Of a stretch of DNA of 64,000 bases, positions 13,051 to 26,540 are shown in pieces. The notes below the pieces were generated by a model. The model ran no database searches. It worked only from the letters and a program-made list of their open reading frames with translations, and had not been told where the DNA came from. Source of the DNA: the human T2T-CHM13v2.0 reference genome, Homo sapiens; the NCBI RefSeq assembly GCF_009914755.1, contig NC_060930.1. One strand, given 5' to 3'. The first letter of the stretch is position 1; each line of letters starts with the position of its first letter. A program made the position numbers and the translations under genes.

Positions 13051-15023
13051 AGAAGATAGGGATAAATGCAGTTTTGTGGTACTGATTCTTCATCCCACTT
13101 TTTAGGTTCAGATCCTTTACTAGGCAGAAAGCCCCCAGATCATATTGTTACTCTCTGGGCTCATTCCTCTTATTGCCCATAGGACATCTGCCATAAAAGG
13201 GTCTGCATGTTGGCTGCATTTCCCGTGGTTTGCCCCTAGGAACCACTAGTCTTTCAAGATGTTCTGTGAGAAAAGGATACCAAGGTCACAATAACTTTTG
13301 GAAACAGTGTGTACCCTTCCCTTCTTGGGAAGAAGTTTTACAGTAAAAAGCTTAGTTTAGTCGCCCAAGGCCTCCCAAACATGTTTGAAATGGAACCCTT
13401 TTTTCTTCAAGTCACATCTTGAAGTTTTAACATCTCCTAAAGTTCGCAAACGCCGTGCTGTCATCGTCTTTCAGTTTACTAACATGGTGGGCTGGCTCTA
13501 GTTAAGATAGCCCACTGGATTCCTGTGCAGTGACTCGGGCAGTCTTCTGAAAACAAAATGGCTATGAGTTTTCAACAGATTTCTGCTTTTCAAATGCACG
13601 ATATATTTTGAGTTTATGACATGTTTTATAAATTGATTATTTTTTTCTCAATTAGGAACATCTATGCTTATCTAAGAGATTCCCTTTATTTTATGAGGTT
13701 TATATTCTTTTTGGTAGAAAACATTTTGTTCCACCTTAACTGTTTGAGGATTAATAAAGTAAGATGTATAAATGTTATTATTTTGATTTCTTAATTGAAA
13801 TGTAATTTAAAGTTGGGTCTTGCTGCCTTTTGGGGCTTCGTGCCGGGCACCTGAAGGAAAGACAAATTAAATTATTCTCCAACGTGCTCTGGAGGGTGAG
13901 GCTCAAACCTGAATATTTTGTGTTTTGAAATTTGAGTTTTCAGAGTCAGAAATTTAGAGTATATCCATACAGATATCCTAGAATAAAACATATACTTCTT
14001 ATTTAAAAGTAAAGTTTAAAGATACTTTATCATTGAAATCATCCATCCATCTAGTTGATTTCTACAGGTGAGCTAGCATAATTAAATCATTTTCCTTTCA
14101 TTTCCATTAATATTGGCTTTTCTGAAAGGATAACAGGAATCTCAAATTCTGTTATAGAGCTGATATTTAAAAGTTCAATTTCGCCATTTTTCCAAACCCA
14201 ATTTTCTAAGTATTTTGATTAATTAATGCTATGTATACATCATACTTTCAGCCATCTGAAAAGTCATTCCTAGGGCATTTCATGAGTGAAGATTATGCCA
14301 GTGCTTCAGACATCACATCTGTAAAAAGATTTTTGATATTCTCTAACGGAGATTTCACAGTCATAAAATATCCAAGTGGAAAGATTTTTAAAATCAGTTT
14401 GTCTACCGCTATATCTGAGGTATAAAAATGCACCCCCATTGAACAAAAGTCTGCCAACAACACAAACTGAGGATCTTTTAGGTTGCATCTATATGATACC
14501 TGCAAGGGCAATGAGGCCATAAATCAACTCTCACTCTGGCAAGTTTCCTTTGTAAAGTTGTTGTGTTGGCATCACCAGCTCATGACAGGCTGCTCAGAAG
14601 CACATCCGAAAACGTCAGTGGAGCAATAATTAGCAACCGCGTCAGGCATTTGGGCCCATTTTGATAATGTGAGATCATGGCTTTCCTGCTCTTGGATGAA
14701 CAAAAAATAATGGTGTTTGGAAACCACAGAAGACCTAATTTATTTTGTTCACTTGGGTATGGGGGAAGGTGTGATTAGATCAAATCATTTTTTAAAAAAG
14801 AGGTGCAGAAAATATGGATATTCTAAACTCATAATCAAATGAGTCGTTGGGTTTTCCTCAAAATGATTCAGAGAGCTAAGGAATTATTTGTAGAATATCT
14901 AGTGATATGTCCTGCACTACACTGGGCATTTTTCACACAAGAGAAATATAGAATACAGTGCCTGTGTTCAATAAGATTAAGGACACAATAATAACTTATT
15001 TAACACAATTTTTAAAAAGTACT

Positions 15024-15312
15024 GGTTAGGTGCAGTGGTTCATGTCTGTAATCCCAGCACTTTGGGAGGCCAAGGTGGGTAGATCACTTGAGCCCAGGAG
15101 TTTGAGATCGGCCTGGGCAACATGGCAAAACCCCGTATCTTCCAAAAAATATGACAATTAGCTGGGTGTGAGAACACACACCTATAGTCATAACTACTTG
15201 GGAGGATTGCTTGAGCCTGGGAGGTGGAGGTTGCAGTGAGCCAAGATCATGGCACTGCACTCCAGCCTGGGCAACAGAGAGAGGCCCTATCTCAAAAAAG
15301 AAAAAAGAAAAA
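15024..15312 (+). mobile_element. AluJ with short internal deletion in right arm
   Basis: AluJ diagnostics (gagcccaggag, ggaggattgcttgagcc); GGGAGG-bounded deletion. Confidence 0.88.
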
Positions 15313-15479
15313 GGCTGGGGGAACTTCCTGCTAAGGGTATGCTATTGAATGTTAAGTGGTTTGACGTGAGCATAAATATTTAGGAGTTAAGAGAAACAAG
15401 CAGAATTTAGGAAAGAGGCATGAGGGAGGTGAGATTAAGTGCAATTTGGAAATGGCAAGAATTTTGAAAAACAGTTAAC

Positions 15480-15700
15480 ATTGATCAAACCCTTCTTTTT
15501 TTCTGACTCTATGATGAGCAGTGGACTTACAGGGTTTCTTTTGTTTCTCCCTACAGTTCTACAGGGTTGATACTGTTATTTATCCCCATGTTACCAAAGA
15601 GGAAATGAAATGCAAAGAGGGTGAGCAATGTGTCTGACACATAGCAAATGAATGACAGAGGTGGAATTTCAGAGCAGCTTCTAGCAGTTGGCCGCTTGGC
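15480..15700 (-). mobile_element. MIR
   Basis: 'tatccccatgttaccaaagaggaaatgaaatgcaaagagg' MIR core, antisense. Confidence 0.6.
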
Positions 15701-17557
15701 CACCTTGCTGCAATAGCTAGCTATGTTGATCTACAGGGAGTGGGTTTAGATATGATATGGGTATAAATGGAGATGTAGATATTAGATGTGGTGTGAACGG
15801 GAGACAGTGATAAGAGAGATCATCTCAGATTGAAGAGAAGGATTAAGCACATGTATGAAGTGGGAATTGGCATGGGCTTGGGGGTGGTGATGAAAAGACT
15901 GACTGATAAAGAGGGCTTATCTTGCGAGGGGTCACATGATTGGGGGATGGGTTATGGAGGCCCCAGTGGGTTAGTGTTAGCATGTGACAGGAAGTGTTGG
16001 CTAGTCTAGAATGAAGATTCAAGTGTGTAGTTGTTGATCAAATAGGTGACCACCATACTTTTTCTGTGGGCTTAGGGCACACAGAATATTTAGGGACACG
16101 AGCCTAGATGCCAGGGATATCCCCTGATTTGATTGGAGTCCAGGAAACCTTTGGGAGAGAACTCGAACTCTGACTGTACTTGGGGTTCAGACATGCCAAT
16201 CTGAGGGATAAACTGGAGCTGGGAGCAGTGGGAACCTGTGGGGGGCTGGAAGGGAAGTTCGTCCAGTTCCCTTTCACTCCTATCCAGAGAACAGAGGCCC
16301 CTAGTGAGTGTGCACTAAGAGATGTGAACCTGCTGTTCCTGGCATTCTCAAGCCTCCCACGTGTACACATCACCAATTGAATTGTTTACTTTCCAGCAAG
16401 ATGATTCCTGTGCTCAAGCCAATGGCTTCATCAAACCCCTGACCAGAGAACCCATGATCTGTTCTCATTCTGGATACCGAAAAGGCATTCAACTATGATT
16501 CTTAACCATGTACTATTTTCTTCTTGTGCTCTGACTTAATAACTTGCCTATGAGTAAAATGCACATCCACAGTACACATGAGACACCCACACCCATCCTT
16601 GTCCTAGAGATTCCTAGAAAGGTACAAGAAGTGCAGAAAACTGTCAAAATGATGTTTGGGGAATTATAAAAATCAGTCCCTGGGAACTCCCAGAGACGTT
16701 TGAGTGTGAGACCACCGCGAGGACAGGGCTTCCTGCAGGACTGAAGAATGACCACTACTGAGGTTCACACGGAGATGTTGAAGGGGTTGCATTTGTAAGC
16801 ACAGACAGTGATGCCCCGGAGAGCAAGGTATTAAATACAAACTGTTCGGAGGTACATTTAGGTGTGTTGTGGGATGTGCACACACAAGCCCTATGCACCA
16901 TGCTGTATTGTTGTATTCATTAAGCAAAGATAGCAAGTCTTTTGCAGTAAGATCACTAATTAACACCAGTAACTAAAACAGTAAAAGAGTAGAAGAAACA
17001 CAAATATTATTTTTTTCAGTAATGGCCTTCTTATAAGACTTCGGCTTGGGGAAATATGCTTGGTCACCATATTTGTAAAACTTGTTTCTTTGCCCATTCA
17101 TCTTTAGATGAATGCTTATTTCAAAGCAGAAGAAACCCATAGCTGTGGCTTCCATTTCACTTGTCCTCTGTGTTATACCTAAGGTCACAGTCACAGCAGG
17201 TTGTAGACCACCCTCAAGCTACAGATGGGTTGGACTTCAAGAATACAGTTGTGAATTGATTCTCTATAACACAGAAGCATTTCCCTATAGAAACAATGCT
17301 AGGAAAGAAGCCTCGACTCTCAGGCCAGCCTGTAAAACTCTATTTAGCCCCCTGAGCTCTGAAGTGTCCCAAGAGCCCCCGTGCACCTGTAAGGCTGAAG
17401 ATAGAGCAGACCTGGGAGGCGGGGCTGGATCTGGAATTCAGGGGCTGCCATGTCTGTTAAAGGAGGAGCACCAGGGTATGATCAATTTTGCAAAGTTTTT
17501 CAGGACTGGTTGTCCTGCTGTGTATCATCACTGAAAAAACAAAACAAAACAAAATGA

Positions 17558-17750
17558 CTTTTTGTTCTGAAGTAGTTCAAGACTCACAAGAAGTTGCTAA
17601 AATAGTACAGAGGGGTTCTATCTACCCTTCAGTCAGCTTCCTCAATGACCATGTCTTTCAGAAGCAGAGTGCCTTGTCAGAATCAAGAAGCCGACGTTGA
17701 TACAATGCTATTATCTCAGGTAGAGAGTTTATTTGGATTTGATTTATTTC
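17558..17750 (-). mobile_element. L1MB-like 3' end fragment
   Basis: 'gactcacaagaagttgctaaaatagtacagagggg...tacccttc'. Confidence 0.7.
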
Positions 17751-19395
17751 CTTTTTTCTCCCTAATCAAATACAGTGCTCTGGAATTATTTTTCAAGTGT
17801 TATAAATGCTAAAAATCTTTATTTTTGCAACAAAAGCTTCCATTCTTCACTGTAGAAAAACTTTACTGACAATGTTATTTGAATGAAGACTGGGTAGGTT
17901 TTACATTCATACAAATTAATTTCAATATAAATAAAGCAATTTTTTAAATGTGTAGAATATACTGTAACCAAAAGGAGATTTATGAAATGAAGGATTTAAA
18001 AAATGAATTTGAGGCAGTGTGTTTATCACAGTGCATGGGCCTGGGCCCTATTTCCACTGTTGCTATAAACTGAGTAAAGTTGCTTTAGTTGAGTCATTTA
18101 ATCTCTTTGGTCCTTAATTACTTTATTGTAAAGCAAGGAAATTAGATTACATGGCTTCTAAAACTTCTTTCAATTAAATAAAAATCCTAAGATACCTTCA
18201 TGTCTAAGATATTATGTAGAGATCATTGTAGAACGCATAAAATGGTTTTATTTTTTTAAAAAAATACTAGAACTTAATTGAAAAGAAAAAATGCCTTGTC
18301 AGAACATAAAAGTCATGGGGAAAGTTGGAAAGAAAATGTAAAGGTGTCGCGAGTGTCCAGGGTACCAGGAGACCTGTGGGTGACCCAGAGCAGCAGGAAG
18401 GGCTGGCTGTGGGGCTCCACGAGGGAGCCACTTCAGCCCACATGACATTTGTACGACTGATGCCAACATTTCCAAGCCTCAGTGTCCACACTTGTGAAAG
18501 GCTGGCAGCCCCCATCAGTGTGGTTCTGAGGATTACAGGACCACAATATGTCCAGCACACAGCAGGGCCCCTGGCACAGAGCCCATTCCGTGGAGGACAA
18601 GGAGGGCCTAACCCGTGGGAATGAAGTATAGCCTGGGAAGAGTGCGAGTTGAACGATGCAGAGGGAACCGGGGAGCCAGCCTGCCTTTGACAGTGGCTGC
18701 TAGCTTAAGTGGGGAGCCCCTGGTTTCTGAGGAAACCCCTGAGGGGAACATGTTGCCATGCTTGGGTGTGGCTGGAACCTGGGCACTGACCGGGCTGAAC
18801 TGAGGAATGTGAGTGGGCTTTCTCACAAGAGGTTGGAGAGGCACTCTCGGTCTCAACGGGCTCTGAATTGCAGAAAGCCAGAAATGCACAAACCAGAGCT
18901 CTCTCATTCATGTTTAGGAAAGGCAAACAGGTCCCACGTACCCTTTATCTCACAGTAAATCTGAGATCAGAATTTGGACTGTGGATTCTAGGGAGAACCT
19001 AAGATATCTTAATATAAAAACAAAACAACACTTTGGTGACTTGCTGCTCATACTAGTTTCTTATCCATGAACTCTTCTCTTCTGCCATTCTCCTGGGCTT
19101 TTCTCTGAATGTTTACAGTAGCATCTCAGATGGAGTCTTCCCATTGCTGCTACTCAATATAAATTGTAAAATTATCTAGACAATTAGTTACATAAAACAA
19201 GAATAAAAGACAGTTAAAACAGAAATATTTGTATATACTCCTGTCATTTACATCAAATTTCCTAATGATATTCTTGTTCCCCTTCTGTTTCTTTGGGACT
19301 CATTATAAAAAGTTTTCCTTTTAAATTTTTCAGATGGATTTCACCTTTTCATGTTTAAGACATAGCTTTAAAATCTTACAAAACCAAATATTTCA

Positions 19396-19719
<324 letters not shown>

Positions 19720-21689
19720 TCATCTTCCAGTGTTCTACAAACTGCCTCAGAAAACCTGCCTTAGTTTGTACAGGTTTTGTACAAATATGTACAAACTGCG
19801 CGAAAAATAACCTGGATGGCCATAATTTATACATTTTGGTTTCATGATAAAGGAAAATAACTTGAATCCGCTGCATTTTACAACCAGGAAATGGTCTAAT
19901 GATCTTAATTTTATTGTATTTTGAGGAAGAAATCATTTATTGGTTTATACCACAATGAGAAATTATGATTTGACTCAGAAAAAATCACTTATAATTAAAA
20001 AATACAAACAAAAACTAATTGCAAAAGTAATCTACAAGTAGAATGGCGACTGTAATTTAAAATTTTTTTTAAGTATCCCATTAATACTTTTCACAAAAGT
20101 TTACATCAAACCTTCACAGTGTTATAAGTGAACCTGCCTACTTTAACAGTGTTAGGAATTTCAGTCTTAGCATTTATTGTGCCAAATCCAATGACTTCTG
20201 AACCCAGCACTATGGGCTTAGCATTGGACAGGCTCTGAGCCTGGAAGGTGAAGATTGGTCACATCAGGGTAAAAACAGTTTAATTCGACTCTTATACAAC
20301 CACATGTGCAACATTATTTGGATAGTGATCCTCTGCACGTAGAGATGAAGCTTCATATTCCATTTTAAGATTTCTACAACACAAGCAAACATAGAAGGCC
20401 AAAAAATCCAGGTTTCCAAATTGTTAGAAACCACATCTGTATATGGTTAGAATGGAATATTCTAAGAGAATTTCAGTAGCTCTGTGGGAAAAAAATGTGA
20501 TTCATTAGATGAGGCACTTTATGATGTGACTTAAGGGACAGGATGCCTGCCCTAAGAGTTGTGGAGGCCGATGAGGAGTATTGTGGCAATGTGGTGCTTC
20601 TCCAGCTGCATTGATCAGTGGAAGGTTGACCACCTTTTCACACTCATTCTGCCACTCTCCTTTTCTCTTCCTGTGTTGGACATTCCTAACCAGCTGGGGC
20701 CTGTTTTCCACTCAGCCTCAAAGTCAGCCTCAACACTGTGCTCTAGATAGCTCCTGCCAAATGAGAGTGGTGGGGCATGAGCAAAAGCCTAGTTCCCATC
20801 CCTGCCCAAAACTGCTTGATGAAAAGATACGAACTCTAGAATTCTCTTGTTGTAATTCAACTCTGGAATATTTAGTCCTATTTAGCATTTTCTTTTTGGC
20901 TACCCCTTTCTCCAAAGGTGACTTTAAGTCTAAGATCCTATAGGCTTTAAATATAGAAAAAGCATCTATTTCAAAAGGTCTGTAATAGTTTCCCCAAAAA
21001 ATGAAGACTTTCCTCTAACAAAGTCCAAATCATAATCCACTGGCAAGTGACAGATAATTATGATTGCTGGTCAATTTAACTCAACTTTAGGGTCTATTTA
21101 TAGGCCATAGAATAATGGGAGTGCTCTGTAGATTTTATTACATTCACATGCTAAGGTAAAAAACAGCAACTCCACGCCAGATAAGGAAAGAATGAGAGAC
21201 TTTCAGACATTCTTATCCACTTGTTAAAAAAGTAAATATGAATTTTCATTTTTTTTTTCTGTAGGCTGGAGCACATGTACCAGTTCACCTGCCAAATTTC
21301 CCTCCCATGAATCTTAGGAAAAAAGTCTTGAAACCAACATTTATTATAGCATTCCCAAACTAATCTTCTTAGTTCTTTACTCTTCCCAAACTGCATAAGT
21401 GTCATGATGACTTAGTTCAGCAACTCAATATGTGGTGAATATTCTGGTATTGGTATATTCATTTCTAAATGCAATAAAACTACCAACTATAAAACTTCAG
21501 ATGAATAAATTAAAATGATTACCTTTTTAAGAAAAGTTAATGTCAGCATGTTTTTACAAAAGCCTGCGGTTGTGGGGCAATTGATTCTTATTATTGCTAT
21601 TTAACCAACATTTATTGATTACTATGTGTTGATTAGCTCTGTGCACCAGAATGTCTGGTGGCGACTGAAATGTTCTCTCTCTCTCTCTG

Positions 21690-21830
21690 TGCAAGCCAAT
21701 GTGTTAGTTCCTGCACTTGTGGCTGCTGAGCACTTGGAATATGCCTGGAACATAATTATTCATTTTATTTAATCTTAATAAATCTACGTTTAAGTGGGCA
21801 CAACATTTTGGATGGTGCAGATATAGAACA
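21690..21830. mobile_element. MER3/MER33-like hAT-Charlie fragment
   Basis: 'tgtggctgctgagcacttggaatatg...ttttatttaatcttaat...ggatggtgcagatatagaaca'. Confidence 0.6.
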
Positions 21831-21929
21831 GATAACGGATGTTTCAAAGATACAAAATTGAGAGTGATTCGGTTTTTCTCTCAAAATGCCTACAATGCCA
21901 TGGAAGAAAAAAAGTGCATACGTGATTTA

Positions 21930-23600
21930 AAACTAAGACTTCAACTGATTTTTGTGGAATTTGATAAAATGTAAAGGTTGTGTGGAAGAAAAAGAGTCCA
22001 AGAATAGTCAAGGAAATTTTGGAGAGGACAAGGTGAGGGGAGAGGAAAGGTGGGATTTGTCTTATTAGATATTACCAGATTCAGTAGGACAGAATGAAGG
22101 CTCAGAAACAGATGGAAGCAGGGGCAGGAACCTAATTTAGGAGACAGGCAATAGTGTAAGTCAAGAAGAAGTTCAGTTAAGTGGCATCTGGGCAAGTGGT
22201 TGTCCATTCGAAAGAAATAAGTAAAGTTAGATCCCACCATTCTCTGCACAAAAATAACTCCAGAGATATTAAACCTCAATTTGAAAAATAAGATTTAATA
22301 AGAATATATAGAAGAAAGTACTTAAGATCTCACACTAGAGCAGGATTTTTAGAACAAGTCTAAAAAAGCAGAAGCTATGAAGGAGGATGATCAGTTTTAC
22401 TATACGACAATTTAAAATTTGTGTAGCATCCAAGATGCTAAAAGTTAAAAGACAATCCCCAGACTGAGAAGATTGTATATATACAGCTGGCAGAGAAGCA
22501 GAATACACAAATATGCAAATAATTTCCCAAAAATCCAATAAGAAAAAAAACCGCCACAAATAACAAAGAGAGCATAAGCAGATGATAGGAAGAAGCAACT
22601 CACAGAAGAGAAAACCTGAATGATGAATAAATATGTAAATGTGTTAGTCACATCCCTGACTAGATCAGAACAATGGGGCCACATTTTTCATCCATAGTAT
22701 CTGCTAGCGTGGTTGAGTCTAACAAGACCAAGTGTTGGTATGGACGTGAAGCAACTCATGTGTTGCTGGTGGGATGTCAGTTGAGGACAGCCATTGACAG
22801 CAATGTCTAGTAAAGTTCAAACATGCACACTTATGGTTCATCTAGTCTACTTCTAGGCATTTATCTTTGACCAATTCTTGCATAAATACATAAAGAAATA
22901 TGCACAATATGTTCACTGCAGCACAATTTGTAATTGTGAAAAATTTTAAATGAGCTAAATGTTCCCCAGTAGGGGAATGGAAAAGTCATAGGATGACCTT
23001 TCAATAGAAAGACACAAGAAGTTAGAGTAAACGAGCCCGATCTCTATATATCAAGGCTAACAGGTCTCAAAAATATATTGTAGAGTAAAAAAAAGGAGGG
23101 ACAGAAAGCTACATAGAGTATGGTACCATTTATGTAAAATTTTCAAAGCACTCTAAATACTATCTACTGTTTCGTTGCAATACCTGTGTGTTAAAGGCTT
23201 CAAACAGATAAGAATCATAGCTTCCTGCGAATTACATCTGGGCAAGAGAGGCCTGGGGCCTTGCGGGTGCCCACTCAGGCCCTACTCCTGACCTCCTCAA
23301 GGGGCAAGAGGTTGCGCTCACCTCAAGCCAATCACCCTCACTCCCCAACCCACTTCCAACCACACTCTGAGAGCTGGGACCCTGGGATTCCCTGCCCGGT
23401 AGCTCTGAGCCCCATGTCCCAAAGAAAAGACCTAATGGCTGCCCCAAGGAGGAAGGGAGGAGACAGAGGATAGGATCTGAAGCAATAGGAAGGAGACTTC
23501 AGTCGTGTCTGTGATATGTCAGGACTTTATAACAATATATCCAAAGCAAACATAAGATGATGTTTGCTAATTCTGGGGGTGGGTGGTGGTTTTATCGCTC
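21930..23600 (+). mobile_element. Old L1M(E) ORF2 3' part and 3' UTR, interrupted at ~23230-23450
   Basis: L1-type A-rich sequence ('ccaagaatagtcaagg', 'taaacctcaatttgaaaaataa', 'atgttcactgcagcacaatttgtaat'). Confidence 0.7.
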
Positions 23601-23609
23601 TTTTTATTA

Positions 23610-23810
23610 TTAGCTGACTCTTACCTAGCACTTATGTTTCAAGGCCTGTTCTAAGTGATTTGCATTAAAAATGAGAGGGTTCTATTATTACTCAGTTTCA
23701 CAGAAGAGGCTAAATAACTTGCCCAATATCACTCAGCTATAAGGAGGAGAGGGGGATTTGAATCCAGTGGGTCTGGCTCCCAGGTCCACCATGTAGCTAG
23801 CAACTATACT
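23610..23810 (-). mobile_element. MIR
   Basis: 'ctaaataacttgcccaatatcactcagct...ggatttgaatccag'. Confidence 0.65.
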
Positions 23811-24434
23811 GGATCTATCTGTCCATAGGCTGAGATGACTTCCTTTAAAAAAAAAAAGTAATTAAAATTAAAATACCCTGACAACCACAATACAAAAAAA
23901 ATATAGTGAACTTCCATGAAAATTTTCTTAGATATGTTAGGAGCACTGATGGGGACTGCATTGCTGAGGGAGGAAGGCCGTGGTGGTGGTTGCGGAAGAC
24001 TTTAAAGAGGGGCTGTTGACATTTGAACCAGGCCTTGCTGGGTGATGGGCAGGGAGGAATAGGGGGATGAAATTCTAAGAAAAGGAAACTTTGTGTGTAC
24101 AGGCATAGATTTTAAAAATTTCAAGAAGAATGTGAAGATTGGCAAGTAGTTCTGTTTGGCTGTCCACAGGGAACAATTTGAGGAGAAATACAGGTTAGGA
24201 GCTAGAAAGGGAGAGTGAGAAAGGAGGATTTTAGAAAACAAGGCAAACTGCTGAAGGTGGCACCCCCAAGCTGCACTGTGGGAAGATGATCCCAAGTGCA
24301 GGCTGGACCAGAGGACAGGTGCTGCAGGGACAGAACCCTGAGGGGAGCCCAAGGCAATCACATAGCTGAGATGAGGGGACATGTGAGTGTGTATGAGTGT
24401 GTGTGAGTGTGTGTGGTGGGGGAGTCAAGAAGCA

Positions 24435-24700
24435 TCTGTTTATTTCACAAATATTTACTGAGCACCTACAATGCACCAAGCACTGTTCCAGAAGGTATCG
24501 ATAGAAGAAAATACAAAACTGTCTGCCCTCATGAAACTTGAGTTGTAATGGAGAGACACAGATAAGATAAATAAATAAAATGAATAAGTATAAATATAAA
24601 TATATGATAAATGAATAAAAACATATCTATGACAATATATGGTGATGATAAGTGCTTTGGAGACAAAGCAGGAAAGGGGGGAATGTGCTAGTGTATGCAG
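24435..24700 (-). mobile_element. L2 3' end
   Basis: 'acaaatatttactgagcacctacaatgcaccaagcactgttc'. Confidence 0.75.
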
Positions 24701-24714
24701 AGGTTGGGGTGGGT

Positions 24715-25276
24715 TGTTGACTGGTCCCAGTTCCCTGAAAATTCACTGACAAGAGGCAGATGGCTAGAAGAAAAGGTGTACTTATTTATTTAAGGTGTAC
24801 ATGGGGGCCTTCAGAAGGAAGGCCCAAAGATACAGGGGAAATTGCCTAGTTTTATGCTTAGGTTCAACAAAACATGGAGAGCCCTGTCGAAATAGGATTG
24901 GACCAAAAGGGTGTGATCTGATGCTGATACTGAGTGAGGAAACCCAGCGAGGCCGGTGGCTCTAGATTCTTCTTGGCCTCTCTGAGCAGCCTTTTTTTCC
25001 TTCTGGGTAAGGGGCAGGTTCTTCTGTGGAATGGGAGGTCTTAGGACTGCAATCAACAAGGTAGAACAGTTGATTTCTTTATGGCCAGTTTTTACACAGA
25101 CAAGTGAGGGAAAATCACAGTGATATTTTTGTTTTATGACTGGCTTTGGGGAAAAGCGTTCTGGTTTCGATGGCTAGCCTGGGGGAGAATGGGACCGAGA
25201 GACAGGAGGGCAGAAGATGACACAGAGACTGCTTCTGAGGCCTTCATTTTGGCGTATTGTTTTCTGAGCTCCAACA
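24715..25276 (-). mobile_element. MER39-family ERV1 solo LTR
   Basis: Reverse complement begins TGTTGGAGCTCAGAAAACAATACGCCAAAATGAAGGCCTCAGAAGCAG, the MER39-type 5' end. Confidence 0.8.
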
Positions 25277-25985
25277 TTGGCAAAAGGGGTTCCAAGCCGA
25301 GATGACCTAAGAGTACAGGCCTGAGGAGTGAGTGGTGTCCCCGCCATACTGAGGTTCTGAGTCTGGGCCCAGGACATGGTTGCACCGAAAGGCAGGGCAG
25401 GAAAGGGGAGCTGGGTTGGAGGGGGACAGACTGAGTCTGGGGTCCAGCGGGCAGTTGAAACTGCTGGTGAGGACATGAGGCCAGTTTGAATCCAAGCAGC
25501 CTGGCTTCAAACTCCTTGTTCCGGAGGAGGAACCGCAAGTCCTCCCAAGGCCTTGGAGAAAAGTGAGCTAAAGGCAGAACGTGGGCCGATAACGTGGGGG
25601 CGTGGGGGGACCGCGACCCAGCCCGGGGAAGGCGTCCCAGCATGGACCCAGCAGCCTGGGCAGCCTGGGCGGGAAGTTCTGATCGCGCTCTGCCGAATTG
25701 GCAGGCGCAATAAGTAAGCGGAAAAACCAGGATTCAAACCAACCACCAACACCCTTCCCTGGCGTTCAGACCGAAGGTGGGTGGGAAGGCCCTGGCGAAG
25801 GAGGTCTGCATCAGGCCTGGCCTTGAGGCGATCCCTTCTCACCCCAAACCTCCTGGACGCTGAGCAAGCCCCTTCGCCTGTGTGGGTTGCCCGGCTGCCC
25901 TCTGGGGAAAGTTGGGTGATCAAATCCCAAGTTGTAGCTCTCGATGGGTCGAGGGCGATGGCCAGCGCTGTGCTGGGAACGGGCA

Positions 25986-26034
25986 GCCCTGCCCTGCCCT
26001 GCCCTGCCCTGCCCTGCCCTGCCCTGCCCTGCCC
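25986..26034. repeat. (GCCCT)9 pentanucleotide repeat
   Basis: Nine perfect copies plus GCCC. Confidence 0.97.
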
Positions 26035-26540
26035 CACATGGGCGCAGGAGGCCTCCGCACGCGCAAGGGCCAAGGGCTGGAGGGGGCTCTCCCGGGCACA
26101 GGCACCGGACCCGGGGCGCGCGCGCGCGTCCTTAGTCCCCGGGCTGCACTCCGGGCCGCTGAGAGATCGGGTCCCAGAAGTTCCGGGAGTGGTCGGGTGA
26201 CCCTGGAACTTTCTTCTTCTGGAGCCCGACCTGGGGCTGACTGCAGAGCAGGCTGCTGGCAGGGACCAAAAGGAGCTCCGCGCCAGGCCGGAGGCTGCGC
26301 CCGTCACTCGCGGTCCCGGCCGGGTCCCTGGCGCGTAGTCAGGCCGCACCGCCCGAGCCCCACCGCGCGCCCACCCCGGCCGGGTGCGTCCGGCTCGCGG
26401 CCGTCCCTCCCGCGACCTGTGGCCCGGGGCTGCTGCGGGCGCCCGGGGAAGAGAGGCGGGGGCCGCGGGGGGCAGGAGGAGCGGCTGCGGCCGGCACAGC
26501 GCCAGGGCGAGTGAGGCGGGTGGCGCGGGGGAGGCGGCGG

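Noticed and set aside
14060-14073. TTTCTACAG|GTGAGC splice-like site
   Set aside because: Upstream of the SLC22A3 TSS, with no supporting exon or ORF.
19763-19797. 10-bp inverted repeat with three TGTACA
   Set aside because: Too short and AT-rich to support a structured RNA claim.
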